Positions 18,966 through 29,995 of a stretch of DNA of 64,000 nt are shown one piece after another. How positions within the stretch are numbered: the first letter of the stretch is position 1; each line of letters opens with the position of its first letter. The DNA is from Myxococcota bacterium (GTDB lineage Bacteria; Myxococcota_A; UBA796; SXON01). The stretch covers positions 34,816-98,815 of the forward strand of contig JAZKFH010000030.1 in assembly GCA_040386535.1 (NCBI GenBank), given 5' to 3'. A program made the position numbers and the translations under genes. Under the pieces are notes generated by a model that was given only the letters and a program-made list of their open reading frames with translations, did not search any database and was not told the DNA's origin.

Positions 18966-19128
18966 GAGCCTCGCACGCACCCGCACGCCTTCGGCGTCGC
19001 CTCGATGACCGCGCCGCGACCGTCCTGCACGAACGCGCAGCACGCCTCGAACTCCTCCGTAGTAGACGGACGTGGTTCCCAAAGGATGCAGCAGCCGGGA
19101 CGCCTCGACGGCCCCCTCCGCCTGTCTT

Positions 19129-19144
19129 ATCGTATATCGACGAT
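19129..19144. promoter_or_regulatory. Putative ArsR operator palindrome ATCGT-N6-ACGAT
   Basis: AT-rich inverted repeat overlapping the arsR start codon. Confidence 0.6.
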
Positions 19145-19496
19145 GAACGAACCGACCGACCCGTGTTGTCCTCCTTCGAGCTGTCCGCCCCCGAGCGTCG
19201 CGCCCGATCTGCGCCCCATCGAGGGCCCGGCGGCCGACGAGGAGCTCGCGGCTCTCGCCAAGGCGCTGGGGCATCCCGCGCGCGTGCAGATCGTCCGGCT
19301 GCTCGTGCGCCGCACCGCGTGTGTCTGCGGCGACATCGTCGACGAGCTCCCGCTGGCCCAGTCGACCGTGTCGCAGCACCTCAAGGTGCTCAAGGAGGCC
19401 GAGCTCATCCGCGGCGAGGTCGACGGGCCGCGGGTCTGCTACTGCATCGAGCCGGGCACGTTGCGGCGCCTCAAGGCGCTCGTGGCGGGCCTGTGA
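19143..19496 (+). CDS. arsR: ArsR/SmtB metalloregulator
   Basis: [18 protein letters not shown] (As-binding helix), [11 protein letters not shown]. Confidence 0.92.
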   Translation: MNEPTDPCCPPSSCPPPSVAPDLRPIEGPAADEELAALAKALGHPARVQIVRLLVRRTACVCGDIVDELPLAQSTVSQHLKVLKEAELIRGEVDGPRVCYCIEPGTLRRLKALVAGL

Positions 19497-20584
19497 CGGC
19501 GCCCGCCGGGATCCTCGGCAAGCTCTCGGTCCTCGATCGTTACCTCACCCTGTGGATCTTCCTCGCGATGGGGATCGGTGTCGCGCTCGGGTCCCTCGTG
19601 CCGAGCGTGCCCGCCGCGCTCGGGCGGATGAGCGTCGGCACCACCTCGATCCCCATCGCGATCGGCCTCATCCTGATGATGTACCCGCCCTTCACCAAGG
19701 TCCGGTACGACCGGCTGGGTGAGGTGTTCCGGAACAAGCGTGTGCTCGCGCTCTCGCTCGTCCAGAATTGGATCGTCGGGCCGATCCTCATGTTCGGCCT
19801 CGCGGTGCTGTTCCTCCACGACAAGCCCGAGTACATGATCGGCCTCATCCTCATCGGGCTCGCGCGGTGCATCGCGATGGTGGTCGTGTGGAACGATCTC
19901 GCGAAGGGGGACACCGACTATTGCGCGGGGCTCGTCGCGTTCAACTCGATCTTCCAGGTGTTGTTCTTCTCCGTATACGCGTGGTTCTTTGCCACGGTCC
20001 TCCCGAGCTGGCTCGGGTTGGAGGGCGAGGTGGTCGACATCACGATGGGGGAGATCGCGGCGAGCGTCGCCCTCTATCTGGGCGTCCCGTTCGCCGCGGG
20101 GCTGCTCACCCGGAAGCTGCTCGTCTCGGCGAAGGGCCTCGATTGGTACCAGGCGAGCTTCGTCCCGCGTGTCGGGCCCATCACCCTCGTGGCGCTGTTG
20201 TTCACCATCGTGGTCATGTTCTCGCTCAAGGGCGAGGCCATCGTGCTCCTGCCGCTCGACGTGGTGCGCATCGCGATCCCGCTGCTCGCCTACTTCGTCG
20301 TCATGTTCGCCCTGTCGTTCTTCATGAGCCGCGCGGCCGGCGCGACGTATGGGCAGACCGCCACCTTGTCGTTCACCGCGGCGTCGAACAACTTCGAGCT
20401 CGCCATCGCTGTGGCCGTCGCGACGTTCGGCATCCACAGCGGCGCGGCGTTCGCCGCCGTGATCGGGCCGCTCGTCGAGGTCCCCGTGTTGATCGGCCTC
20501 GTGAGCGTGGCGCTCTGGCTCCGGCGCCGGTACTTCTCCGCCACCCCGATCCCCGCCCCCGCCATGGAGGAGAGCCGCTCGTGA
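19493..20584 (+). CDS. acr3: ACR3-family arsenite efflux permease
   Basis: [40 protein letters not shown]. Confidence 0.95.
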   Translation: MTAPAGILGKLSVLDRYLTLWIFLAMGIGVALGSLVPSVPAALGRMSVGTTSIPIAIGLILMMYPPFTKVRYDRLGEVFRNKRVLALSLVQNWIVGPILMFGLAVLFLHDKPEYMIGLILIGLARCIAMVVVWNDLAKGDTDYCAGLVAFNSIFQVLFFSVYAWFFATVLPSWLGLEGEVVDITMGEIAASVALYLGVPFAAGLLTRKLLVSAKGLDWYQASFVPRVGPITLVALLFTIVVMFSLKGEAIVLLPLDVVRIAIPLLAYFVVMFALSFFMSRAAGATYGQTATLSFTAASNNFELAIAVAVATFGIHSGAAFAAVIGPLVEVPVLIGLVSVALWLRRRYFSATPIPAPAMEESRS

Positions 20585-21015
20585 CCAAGCCCGGAATCCT
20601 GTTCATGTGTGTCGCCAACTCGGCGCGGAGCCAGATGGCCGAGGGCTGGGCCCGGGCGCTCCTGGGCGACCGTGCGCGTATCCAGAGCGCCGGGACCCGC
20701 CCCTCGCGCGTGAACCCCTACGCCATCGAGGTGATGGCCGAGGTCGGCATCGACCTGGCCGGCCAGCACTCCAAGGGGGTGGATACTATCGATCCCGCCA
20801 CCGTCGACACCGTCATCACCCTGTGCGCCGAGGAGGTGTGCCCCGTGTTCCTCGGGGCCGCGCGCCGGCTGCACTGGCCGATTCCGGACCCGGCGAGCGA
20901 CGATGCCTCGCTCACGCGGGAGGAGATGCTCGAACGATTCCGGACAGCGCGTGACGAACTCCGGGCGCGGGTGGAGGGGTTCGAGCGGCTACGAGGAGGC
21001 GGGAGGTTCGCATGA
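20581..21015 (+). CDS. arsC: Arsenate reductase, LMW-PTP type
   Basis: [13 protein letters not shown]-loop, ITLC..EVCP, HWPIPDP. Confidence 0.92.
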   Translation: MTKPGILFMCVANSARSQMAEGWARALLGDRARIQSAGTRPSRVNPYAIEVMAEVGIDLAGQHSKGVDTIDPATVDTVITLCAEEVCPVFLGAARRLHWPIPDPASDDASLTREEMLERFRTARDELRARVEGFERLRGGGRFA

Positions 21016-21854
21016 CAACTGGATCCCCGAGCCGCCGCAACGTGCTCACCCTCGGCGGCGCCACGTTGGCGCTCGTTGCGTGTGGAGACAAGGGCACGCT
21101 CGTCGCCTGCTGCGACACTGGCGACACGGGGGACACCAGCGGCACCGATGTGGACTGGGCCACCGGGGGGACCGCCGCGATGTCCGGCGACTACGCGGAC
21201 CCGTTCGAGACGAGCAGTGAGTCGACGTGCGCGATGGTGTGCGCGATGACGCTCGGCCCCTGCTACGGCGAGACGGTGGAGCGGCGGGACATCTCCGAAG
21301 GCTACGGGGGGCTCCCGATGCGGCTCGCGCTGCGCATCGTCGACGAGGGCTGCGAGCCGGTGGCGGGGATGGTCGTCGACATCTGGCACGCCGCGCCGAA
21401 CGGGTTGTACTCGGGCGCGGACACGGCCGAGATGTGCACCGAGGGTGACGCCGAGATGACCGCGGGGAACTACTTCCGCGGCCGCCAGACGACGGACGCC
21501 AACGGGCGTGTCGACTTCGACACGTGCTTTCCCGGCTGGTACTCGAGCCGCGCCATCCACATCCACTTCCAGGTGCGGACGGGCGCGAACGAGGGCTCCG
21601 GCGAGCACGTGACCTCTCAGCTCTTCTTCGACGAGGCGCTGATCGAGGACATCCACACCACCCACCCGGACTACCTCGGTCGCGGCCGCCCCCGCACGAG
21701 CAACGACGAGGACAAGGTGCTCGGCGACAACGATCCGACGCCCTACACCCCGACGACCGCGCGGCAGGCCGATGGCGCGCTGCTCGCGTGGAAGACCATC
21801 GTGATCCGCGCGTCGCTCGCGTCCGACCTGTGTGAGGCCCCCGAGTCCGCGTAG
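21012..21854 (+). CDS. Intradiol ring-cleavage dioxygenase-like protein, probable Tat lipoprotein
   Basis: SRRNVL..LVAC leader; DIWHA..GLYS, RGRQTTD, PGWY..RAIHIH (Tyr/Tyr/His/His iron ligands). Confidence 0.85.
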   Translation: MTTGSPSRRNVLTLGGATLALVACGDKGTLVACCDTGDTGDTSGTDVDWATGGTAAMSGDYADPFETSSESTCAMVCAMTLGPCYGETVERRDISEGYGGLPMRLALRIVDEGCEPVAGMVVDIWHAAPNGLYSGADTAEMCTEGDAEMTAGNYFRGRQTTDANGRVDFDTCFPGWYSSRAIHIHFQVRTGANEGSGEHVTSQLFFDEALIEDIHTTHPDYLGRGRPRTSNDEDKVLGDNDPTPYTPTTARQADGALLAWKTIVIRASLASDLCEAPESA

Positions 21855-21877
21855 GGAGCTGTCCGGGTAGGGCGCTG

Positions 21878-22819
21878 TCACGGCCCGACCGCGATCCGGA
21901 ACCCCCTGAACCCCACGCCACCCCGCTCGTCGCGCACGACCACGGCCAGCCACGCCTCGCCGGGCTCGTCCGGCGCGGTCCAGGTGTTCTCGACGCCGGT
22001 CTCGTCCTCGTCGCCCGTCCGCCCGTTCCGCGCCTCCGCGAACGTGCCGCCGGTGGTGTACCAGGAGACCGACAACGCCTCACGGCGGGCGTCGAGCACC
22101 TTGGTGTCGGGATCGTAGCGGACATAGGTCTCCGCGCCCTCACAGGCGGCCGGCTCCCCGGAGGGGCAGGCGGGCCAGCTCGTGCCGAGCGTGACGAGCT
22201 GCCCAGGGGCGACCGTGGAGGGCACGCCGGTGCCGTCCTCCGGCACGGGTTCGCCGTCGAGGAGCAGGCCCTCCAACGTCGGGTTGGTGTTGGAGAGATA
22301 GGAGAGGTTCCACGCGACGTAGGTTTCTTGTGTCACGTTCGCGAGGCCACACCGGACGCGGGGCGAGACGAGCGTGGTCCCGCCGGGGTCCGCGAACCCG
22401 AGCGCCGGTTGGTAGTAGCCGCCGGTGAGATCCGGATCGGCGGGCCTCCCGGCCGGTTCGCCCTCCTCGGGGGGCGGCGGGTTGGGCCCGAAGCGGCTGC
22501 ACGCGTCGTCGGGGATCGGCGCGCTCACGTCGAGACCGCTGCCGATCGGCTCGAGGTCGGCCGATTCGGGCTCCAGGCAGCTCGTCGCGACCGGCCCCGC
22601 CTCGGCGAGCGGCTTGCGGGCGGTGCAGAAGGCCCAGTCCACGGCCCCCGTCGCGAGCGCCCCGGAGGCGTCGGCGTAGAGCGCGCGGAGCCGCACCTCC
22701 GCGCCGGCTTCGCCCTCGGCGGGCTCGATCTGGACGGCGAGCACGCGCGCGTCGTCCACGTAGGGGGTCGAGTCCACGAGCGGCTCCGCGCACGCAAGGA
22801 CCATCCACAGCAGGGACAT
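21878..22819 (-). CDS. Hypothetical lipoprotein downstream of the TonB-dependent receptor
   Basis: MSLLWMVLAC; RVLAVQIEP..; VVRDERGG; TGATG coupling to the receptor gene. Confidence 0.75.
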   Translation of the reverse strand: MSLLWMVLACAEPLVDSTPYVDDARVLAVQIEPAEGEAGAEVRLRALYADASGALATGAVDWAFCTARKPLAEAGPVATSCLEPESADLEPIGSGLDVSAPIPDDACSRFGPNPPPPEEGEPAGRPADPDLTGGYYQPALGFADPGGTTLVSPRVRCGLANVTQETYVAWNLSYLSNTNPTLEGLLLDGEPVPEDGTGVPSTVAPGQLVTLGTSWPACPSGEPAACEGAETYVRYDPDTKVLDARREALSVSWYTTGGTFAEARNGRTGDEDETGVENTWTAPDEPGEAWLAVVVRDERGGVGFRGFRIAVGP

Positions 22820-25428
22820 CAGAAGCTCCAACGCGCGCCGAGGACCGGCAGGATGGGGAGGCCGTCGATGGAGCCACGCGAGGAGTAGTCCGCGTCGTAG
22901 ATGTATTCTTCGACGTTCTCCCGGTTGGTGACGTTCTGGACCTCCAACGAGAGCTCGAGAAGGGTGGTGCCGAGGGCCAGCTCTTTTGCGACCCGCGCGT
23001 CCGCCTGGAAGAACGTCGGCAGCCGGATGGCGTTGTGCTCGCCGAACATCGGCTGGTACAGATGGCGCCGGTCGTCGAAGTAGGCCCCGACCACCTCGGT
23101 GCGCGGGGCACCCGTCCCGAGGCGTCCGCGCACGCCGACCTCGATCCCGAAGGGCAGGGTGTAGCCGCCCACCACGGTCAGGACGTGCCGCTGGTCGTAG
23201 TCCGAGGGGCGCCATGCCCCCTCCGGGGAGTCCTGGCGCTCGCTCCACGCGAGCGTGTAGCTCAGCCACCCGTAGAACCCCGCGGTGGGGTCGAGCCGGA
23301 TCATCCCCTGCGCGCCATAGGTGCGCCCGGCGCCCGCGGCGACGAGGGCCTCGGCCTGCGCGGGCTGCTCGGCGGCGTTCCGCGTCGCGAGCTCCTCGGA
23401 GACCGTGTAGAAGCCGGAGACGTCGATGGACAGGGTGTCGGTGGGCCGCACGCCGGCGCCGAGCACCCCGTGCGTCGCCGAGGAGGCCGGGAGCGCCGGA
23501 TTGCCGAAGGACGCGGAGAGGTCGGCCGCCTGGGGTTGCTGCCGGTAGCGCCCGAAGGCCGCGGTGAACGACAGCCGCTCCGTCGGCGCGAACCGCAACG
23601 CGAGGCGGGGCTCGACCGACGGATCCTGGAGGAACAGGCCGTTGGTCGGGCTCGTCCCCACCTGCGGCGCCGCGCGGCTCACGCTCCGCGCGTACGGGTC
23701 GAACCGCAGCCCCGGCACGATGTGGAGGCGGTCGTCGAACAGCCCGAGATCGGCCTCCGCGTAGGGCGCGACGTTGAGCGACACGACCGTGTACTGGTCG
23801 GACGAGACCTGGTCGGGCGGCGGCTGCCCGAACACGACCATGTCCCCCTCGCGTGCGGGCACGGCAATCGAGCCCTCCCGCGCGATGTCCGAGGCGCTGA
23901 CGAGGGCGTCCACGCCGGCCTCGGCGGTGAGGAACGACGTGACGCGCGAACGGTAGCTGGCCCGCAGGCCCGCGAGGCGCACGTCCTGGGAGATCGAGGT
24001 GTCGACCTGCCCGAAGCGTGCCACCCGATCCGATTGGTCGGCGCCGACGAACAGGAGCGCGGACACCGTGCCGCCGTCGCCGAGGTCGTGGAGGTAGCGC
24101 AGGGAGACGCGCTGGAACGCGGCTGACTTCGCCTCGGAGGCCTCGCGCGCGGGGTCCGGGTTGGGCGAGGTGCGCTCGGTGTAGTCGGAGGAGAGCAGCC
24201 CGGTCAGATCGAGGGTCTCTCCGGGGCCGAGCCGCACGCCGACGCGCGCCTGGGCGTCGTAGTAGTGGGGGATCGGGAAGTACTCCTCCACCTGCGGGTA
24301 GAGCGACGAGAGCAGCGGCCCGACGTAGCCGTAGCGCCCCCCGGCGGCGTAGCTCACCTTGTCCCCGATGGGCCCGGAGAGCGAGGCGGCGGCGTCGTAG
24401 AGGTCGGCGGAGACGGCGCCGTTGGTCTCCTCCGCGAGGCCCTTCGTCTTGACCGACACGAGCCCGCCCAGGCCGCGGCCGTAGCCGGCGCCGTAGCCGC
24501 CGGGCACGAGCTCCACCGACTTGACCAGCTCGGAGCCCATCACGGATCGCAGCCCACCGTCGTGGTAGAGCCGCGGGACCGGCACCCCGTCGATGTACAC
24601 GCCCGTGTCCTCGGGCGCCGCGCCCCACACGACGAGCGCGCCGGTGCCGAGCGAGGCCCGCGCCACGCCCGGCATGTTCTCGACCACCTTGAGCACGTCG
24701 CCCTGGGTGCCCGGCACCTTCCGCGCCGCGTCGGCGGCGATCTCCGTGGAGAACGCCTGTCGCTTGATCGTCGGCGCCGTCACGAGGATCTCGAGGTCGT
24801 CGCCCTCCTCGCCTTCCTCGGCCAGGAACACCTCGTAGATGGTGTCCAGGCGCTCGCCGGCCACGAAGGTCTCGTCGGTGGAGAGCGGCGTGAGGCGCGG
24901 CCCTTCGAGCGTGACCTGCGTCGCGCCCGGGGGGATCTCCTCCACCACGAAGCGCCCCGCGGCGTCGGTCACGACCGAGCGCCCGTCCGCGAGCGTGACA
25001 GTCACGTCGGGCACCGGCACCTTGCGCTCACGGTCCATCACCACGCCCGCGAAGGTCGCCGTCTCGATGGCGGCGACGCGCTCGACGAAGTCGTAGCGGT
25101 AGAGGATGCGGACGCGCGCGGGGACGCCGTCGATCTCGGCGGGCGAGAAGCGGAACTGCCGCGCGGCCTCTACCGCGGCGGCGTCGAAGGCCGGGCCGGC
25201 CGACTCCTGTACGGTCACGTCCTCGACCGCCCCCTCCGCGCCGATTGTGACCGCGAGCACGACGGAGGCGGTGCGCCCCGCCTCCTCCGCGGGAAACGGC
25301 GCCTCGACGAATTGGAGCAGCTCGGGCGGCCGGGTGAGCGTGCCTGGAGCGGGCGCCTCGGCGTGGGCGAACGACGAGCAGGCCAGGACGACGGCGACCG
25401 CGGGGAGCCGCGCGAAGAGGGGAGACAT
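22819..25428 (-). CDS. TonB-dependent receptor with N-terminal TonB-C and carboxypeptidase-regulatory-like domains
   Basis: FDAAAVEAARQFRFSPA; plug PGTQGDVLKVVENMPGVAR; C-terminal NVTNREN...GARWSF. Confidence 0.9.
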   Translation of the reverse strand: MSPLFARLPAVAVVLACSSFAHAEAPAPGTLTRPPELLQFVEAPFPAEEAGRTASVVLAVTIGAEGAVEDVTVQESAGPAFDAAAVEAARQFRFSPAEIDGVPARVRILYRYDFVERVAAIETATFAGVVMDRERKVPVPDVTVTLADGRSVVTDAAGRFVVEEIPPGATQVTLEGPRLTPLSTDETFVAGERLDTIYEVFLAEEGEEGDDLEILVTAPTIKRQAFSTEIAADAARKVPGTQGDVLKVVENMPGVARASLGTGALVVWGAAPEDTGVYIDGVPVPRLYHDGGLRSVMGSELVKSVELVPGGYGAGYGRGLGGLVSVKTKGLAEETNGAVSADLYDAAASLSGPIGDKVSYAAGGRYGYVGPLLSSLYPQVEEYFPIPHYYDAQARVGVRLGPGETLDLTGLLSSDYTERTSPNPDPAREASEAKSAAFQRVSLRYLHDLGDGGTVSALLFVGADQSDRVARFGQVDTSISQDVRLAGLRASYRSRVTSFLTAEAGVDALVSASDIAREGSIAVPAREGDMVVFGQPPPDQVSSDQYTVVSLNVAPYAEADLGLFDDRLHIVPGLRFDPYARSVSRAAPQVGTSPTNGLFLQDPSVEPRLALRFAPTERLSFTAAFGRYRQQPQAADLSASFGNPALPASSATHGVLGAGVRPTDTLSIDVSGFYTVSEELATRNAAEQPAQAEALVAAGAGRTYGAQGMIRLDPTAGFYGWLSYTLAWSERQDSPEGAWRPSDYDQRHVLTVVGGYTLPFGIEVGVRGRLGTGAPRTEVVGAYFDDRRHLYQPMFGEHNAIRLPTFFQADARVAKELALGTTLLELSLEVQNVTNRENVEEYIYDADYSSRGSIDGLPILPVLGARWSF

Positions 25429-25433
25429 CGGGC

Positions 25434-26111
25434 TCACAACGCGAAGCGGATGGCGACGGTGAAGGAGGAGGGGACGGCCTTGCCGCACCGCGTCGCGGGG
25501 GTGAAGGTGGCGCCACGGACGGCGGCAACGGCCGCCTCGTCGAGGCCGTGGCCGAGGCCCTCGAGGACCTGGGCGGCGCCGATGGTGCCGTCGGCGTCGA
25601 CCGTGAGCTGGACCCGCACCTTGCCCTCGATGCCGGCGGCGGTCGCCTCCTCGGTGTACGCGGGGCGCGGCATCGAGGTCGCCTTGGCCTTGACCTCGGC
25701 CTCGGCGCAACCGCCCTCGGACGCGGCGGGCGCCACGAGCGCCTTGACTGCCTGGCGTGTCGTGCCCGCGGGGGAGGGGGGCGCGATCGCCATTCCGCCC
25801 GGACCGCCGCCGCCGAGCGCGAAGCCGAGATCCGCGACCGCGGGGGTGTTGGAGGGAGGGGGTGCCGAGGGGGCCGCGGCGGGCGGCGCTACCCGGCGGG
25901 GTGCCGGGGCCGCGGGCGTGGGCGGGGGCGGCGGCTCGGCGGGCTTGGGAGGCGCTGGCGGCTTGGGCTTGGGAAGCACGACCGTCTGGAGCGCGACGAC
26001 CTCGATCTTCGCCGCCGCCGGGGGCTCGGCACGGGAGAGCATCCAGCCCGCCGCCACGTGGACGGCGAGGCTGAGCCCATACACCAGCGTGGTGGGGTCG
26101 AAGCGCGGCAT
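25434..26111 (-). CDS. tonB: TonB-family energy transducer
   Basis: TM helix with SLAVH, Pro-rich linker, YTEEA..AGIEGKV..GLGHGLDEAA. Confidence 0.9.
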   Translation of the reverse strand: MPRFDPTTLVYGLSLAVHVAAGWMLSRAEPPAAAKIEVVALQTVVLPKPKPPAPPKPAEPPPPPTPAAPAPRRVAPPAAAPSAPPPSNTPAVADLGFALGGGGPGGMAIAPPSPAGTTRQAVKALVAPAASEGGCAEAEVKAKATSMPRPAYTEEATAAGIEGKVRVQLTVDADGTIGAAQVLEGLGHGLDEAAVAAVRGATFTPATRCGKAVPSSFTVAIRFAL

Positions 26112-26113
26112 CG

Positions 26114-26533
26114 TCAGTCCGGCTGCTCGACGCCGATGGCGTAGTGGGTGATCCCCGCGGCCTTGGCGAGGTCGATCACCTGCACCACGGCGGCGTGCCG
26201 CGCGGCGCCGTCGGCGCTGATCACGAGGTTCACGTCGTTGTCGGCGGTCCAGGCCTCGCGGAGCTTGCCGGCGAGCTGGGTGACGTCGATCGGGCTGTCC
26301 TGCCACCCATACGCCCCCTCGGCCGTGACGGTCACGATCGCGGGTGTGGACGCCGAGCCCTCGCCGTTGCTCGCCTTGGGGAGGTCGACGTTCATGCTCT
26401 CGGCGACGATGAAGTTGGCCGACACCATCATGATCACGAGCAGCACGAGCACGATGTCGACCATCGGCGTGACGTTGATCCCGACGATGCCGCCGCGGCC
26501 CCCCGGCCCGCTGGAGAACGACGTTCCTGCCAT
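26114..26533 (-). CDS. exbD: ExbD/TolR biopolymer transport protein
   Basis: INVTPMVDIVLVLLVIMMV, LVISAD. Confidence 0.92.
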   Translation of the reverse strand: MAGTSFSSGPGGRGGIVGINVTPMVDIVLVLLVIMMVSANFIVAESMNVDLPKASNGEGSASTPAIVTVTAEGAYGWQDSPIDVTQLAGKLREAWTADNDVNLVISADGAARHAAVVQVIDLAKAAGITHYAIGVEQPD

Positions 26534-26536
26534 GGG

Positions 26537-27265
<729 letters not shown>

Positions 27266-27279
27266 GGGGGCCTCGGCGG

Positions 27280-28194
27280 TCAGGGAAGGGTCAGGGTGGT
27301 GACGTGGGTGCCGAGCGACGCGCCGCCGTCGGCCTGGGCCGCGAGGAGCGCGCCGCTCGCGACGTCCTCCTGCGCGACGGACCAGCTCCCGTCGGCCTCG
27401 TCCACCCGCTCGAACAGCGAGAGCGCGTAGTTCACCGAGCGCTCTCCGCATGGGGAGAAGAGGCTCGCGTAGACCTCGTAGTCGCCCGCGGGAGGCTCCT
27501 CTTCGAACACCAACGACTCGAGTCGGACGGAGTCGATGACACAATTGGAATTCGAGTCCCGTGTCAACACCCCCTCGGTGGAGGTGTCCCCGTCCGAAGC
27601 GATCGGGTCGACCTGGGTGCTGGCCGACTCGGAGCGGACGACCTTGCCCGCCGGCGTGACGACGACCAGGTCGAGATCGACGTCCGTGTCCCACGACAGC
27701 GACAGGATCGTGTGCTGCGGCGGGGTCTCCGGGTCACAGGCGGCGTAGTTCTTGTCGGCGTAGTCCGGCAGGACACAAAGCGTGGCGTCGTACCGCGGGC
27801 CCGGATGGCCGCCCTCGTCGAGCGCGACGAACGAGATGGTCTGGAGGCCGTAGGGCACCTCCCGCGTGAAGTCGACCGTGAGATCGAAGAGCAGGTTGTT
27901 GTCCTCGGTCACGTCGGGACCGTCGACCGGCACGACCCAATACCCGCTGCCGACGTCCGGCACGGCGACGGCGATGGAGTACGCCTCGGTGCTGGCAAGG
28001 CCGCTGTACCCGGCGTTGGCATCGCCCTGTGTCACGACGTAGCCCACGCTCGACACGTAGATCACGTTGGGGGAAGCGGCGGAGTCGTCCGTGGGGAGCT
28101 CGCCCGGCTGGAACGTCCCCGCGCGCACCTGCACGGGCTCGGACGCGCCGCTCGATTGGTCGTTCGACACACAGGCCAACAGCGCGACGATCAT
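27280..28194 (-). CDS. Hypothetical lipoprotein
   Basis: MIVALLAC; LSWDTDVDLDLVV (YfaP-like motif); coupled to the porin gene. Confidence 0.7.
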   Translation of the reverse strand: MIVALLACVSNDQSSGASEPVQVRAGTFQPGELPTDDSAASPNVIYVSSVGYVVTQGDANAGYSGLASTEAYSIAVAVPDVGSGYWVVPVDGPDVTEDNNLLFDLTVDFTREVPYGLQTISFVALDEGGHPGPRYDATLCVLPDYADKNYAACDPETPPQHTILSLSWDTDVDLDLVVVTPAGKVVRSESASTQVDPIASDGDTSTEGVLTRDSNSNCVIDSVRLESLVFEEEPPAGDYEVYASLFSPCGERSVNYALSLFERVDEADGSWSVAQEDVASGALLAAQADGGASLGTHVTTLTLP

Positions 28195-29486
28195 CAGAAC
28201 TCCACCTGTCCGCGCAGCGTCCATTGGTCGTTCGCGAGGTCCCGCGGCACGCCGAGATCGTCGCGGCCGAGGTGGTCGACCACGTAGTCGTATTGGAGCA
28301 CGAGCCGTCCGAAGCCCGGGAGCTGGGCCGCGACCATCGGGGAGAGCGTCAGGACGCTCACGTCGGTGGGGACGAAGTCACCGCGCCGCGACTCGAAGAC
28401 ATCCGAGTTGGGATCGTAGAAGTCGGCCCGGAAGCCGAGCACGCCGTAACGTGTCACCTCCTGCACGGCGCCCGCGGTCCACGCGATCTCGCGCACGTCG
28501 TAGCCGGTGGACACCGGATCGGCGACGAGCCAGCCGCGGTCGAGGTTGCTCGCCATGGTCGCCTCGGCGAACACGCGCGTCCACCCGAGCGGGGTGTGCA
28601 ATCCAACCTGGATGTCGGCGTTCACCGCCCATTGCTCGAACGTCGAGGAGGGGCTCGCCGCCTGCCCGCTCACGCCCACCAGCTCGTCGAGTGACACCAG
28701 GCCATTCTGGTTCCTGTCACTCCAGAGCAGCGTCGACTTGCTCTCTGGTGTGCCCGCGTGGAAGCCGCCGCCGTTGAGGTAGGAGACGCCCCCCGCGAGC
28801 TCGGTGCGGCCCTCCACGCCGGCCACCGCGCCGAGGCGCCCGAGGATCGTCTTGCGCGCGGTGTAGGCGAGCGCGTCGTCAGGCGTGTTTCGCAGGGGAA
28901 CGCCGTTCTGTACGGCCACCACGAGGCGGATCGGGCCGAGGGCGCTCGCGAGCTGCACGCCGACATCGTTGTCACCCGGAAACAACGCCCGGGAGCCCAG
29001 GGAGCGCTCCGCGAAGTACCGCGCGTCGCTGTCCTCGGGCAGCTCGAAGCCGAACGGGATGTCGAACAGACCCGCTGTGACGCCGACCAGCGGCGGCCTG
29101 TCACCCCGCGCGTTCGGCAGGAAGAGGGAGAGCTCGGCGCCGCTCGGGCTGACGTGGGGCCCGTCCACCGTGTTCAGGTCGAGCTCCACGCTCGTGCGGG
29201 CGTACTTGAACCAACGTTCCACCTTCACGCGCGCCCGACGCACCAGGAACCGGTCCTGGTTGAGCGGCGCGCCCTCGACCGAGACCTCGTCCTCCGAGAG
29301 GTCGGAGAACACGACCTGGGGCTGCACGTAGCCGGACACGCGCAGATCCAGGACCTCCCACCACTTGGGGGCGGCGGGCGTGGCGACGGGGGTGGCCTCG
29401 ACCTCGATCTCCACGTCATCCGCGCGCGCGACGGCGGTGGAGACGAGGAGGAGAGCGCTGACGCGAGCGGGAAGAGCGAGTGTCAC
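28194..29486 (-). CDS. Outer-membrane porin (OprO/OprP-like)
   Basis: SGYVQ, FLVRRARVK, GLFDIPFGFE, ERS..RALFPG..DVG, C-terminal Phe. Confidence 0.75.
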   Translation of the reverse strand: MTLALPARVSALLLVSTAVARADDVEIEVEATPVATPAAPKWWEVLDLRVSGYVQPQVVFSDLSEDEVSVEGAPLNQDRFLVRRARVKVERWFKYARTSVELDLNTVDGPHVSPSGAELSLFLPNARGDRPPLVGVTAGLFDIPFGFELPEDSDARYFAERSLGSRALFPGDNDVGVQLASALGPIRLVVAVQNGVPLRNTPDDALAYTARKTILGRLGAVAGVEGRTELAGGVSYLNGGGFHAGTPESKSTLLWSDRNQNGLVSLDELVGVSGQAASPSSTFEQWAVNADIQVGLHTPLGWTRVFAEATMASNLDRGWLVADPVSTGYDVREIAWTAGAVQEVTRYGVLGFRADFYDPNSDVFESRRGDFVPTDVSVLTLSPMVAAQLPGFGRLVLQYDYVVDHLGRDDLGVPRDLANDQWTLRGQVEF

Positions 29487-29513
29487 AGGAACCTGGGTGC
29501 CAGGTGGGGGCAC

Positions 29514-29529
29514 TGCACGAGGCGTGCCA
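29514..29529 (-). promoter_or_regulatory. Putative sigma54 promoter for the porin-ExbBD-TonB-TBDR unit
   Basis: Minus strand TGGCAC-GCCTC-GTGCA, correct GG-N10-GC spacing. Confidence 0.65.
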
Positions 29530-29580
29530 GACAAATCACGCAGGTTGCTGCGTGGACCACACAAACGAGCCGTGAAGGGC

Positions 29581-29634
29581 CCCAGGGAGCCGTGACGGCT
29601 TCACGGTCGCGCGTCACAGTCACGGCTCCCTGGG
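29581..29634. repeat. Perfect 16-bp inverted repeat (hairpin or operator) in the intergenic region
   Basis: CCCAGGGAGCCGTGAC (29581-29596) / GTCACGGCTCCCTGGG (29619-29634). Confidence 0.85.
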
Positions 29635-29640
29635 CGACGC

Positions 29641-29994
29641 TCACTCCACGGGCGGCAGCGGGTCTCCCTCGCGCCAGGTGCCCTCCGGGATCCTGTCCGC
29701 GTTCACGAACGAGGCGTGGCCGACGTCGGTGCACGCGTTGAGGAACTCGAGCGAGTCGGCCGAGGGCGCCGTGGGCGGGTCGCAGTCGTAGCAGGTGCCG
29801 CTCTCGGACTCGACCCAGCACGACGGGTCGTCGGTGTCCGTGTCGGTATCCGTGTCGGCGTCCGTGTCCGTATCGGTGTCCGCGTCGGTGTCCGTGTCGG
29901 TGTCGGTCTCGGTCTCCTTGTCGGTGTCCGCGGACGTGCCGGGGTCCTTGCAGGAGAAGAGCGTGAGGAGGATCAGGAAGGGAAGAGTGCGCAT
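29641..29994 (-). CDS. Small lipoprotein with (DT)n linker and Cys-rich tail
   Basis: MRTLPFLILLTLFSC; DTDTDT run; CYDC...FLNACT. Confidence 0.75.
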   Translation of the reverse strand: MRTLPFLILLTLFSCKDPGTSADTDKETETDTDTDTDADTDTDTDADTDTDTDTDDPSCWVESESGTCYDCDPPTAPSADSLEFLNACTDVGHASFVNADRIPEGTWREGDPLPPVE

Positions 29995-29995
29995 T

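Noticed and set aside
18962..18971. CTGAGAGCCT at the vapC stop, matching the left end of the MITE
   Set aside because: Only 10 nt match and I found no partner inverted repeat downstream.
18286..21015. TA pair plus ars operon as an integrative element
   Set aside because: No integrase, transposase, tRNA or att-like repeats are visible around it.
21878..24628. 916-aa ORF suggesting a fusion with the TBDR; likewise 25434..27218 and 49960..53832
   Set aside because: The upstream parts are alternative frames of neighbouring genes; the real starts are at 22819, 26111 and 50965.
29487..29502. Second sigma54-like motif TGGCAC-CCAGG-TTCCT on the minus strand
   Set aside because: Lacks the conserved -12 GC and directly abuts the start codon.
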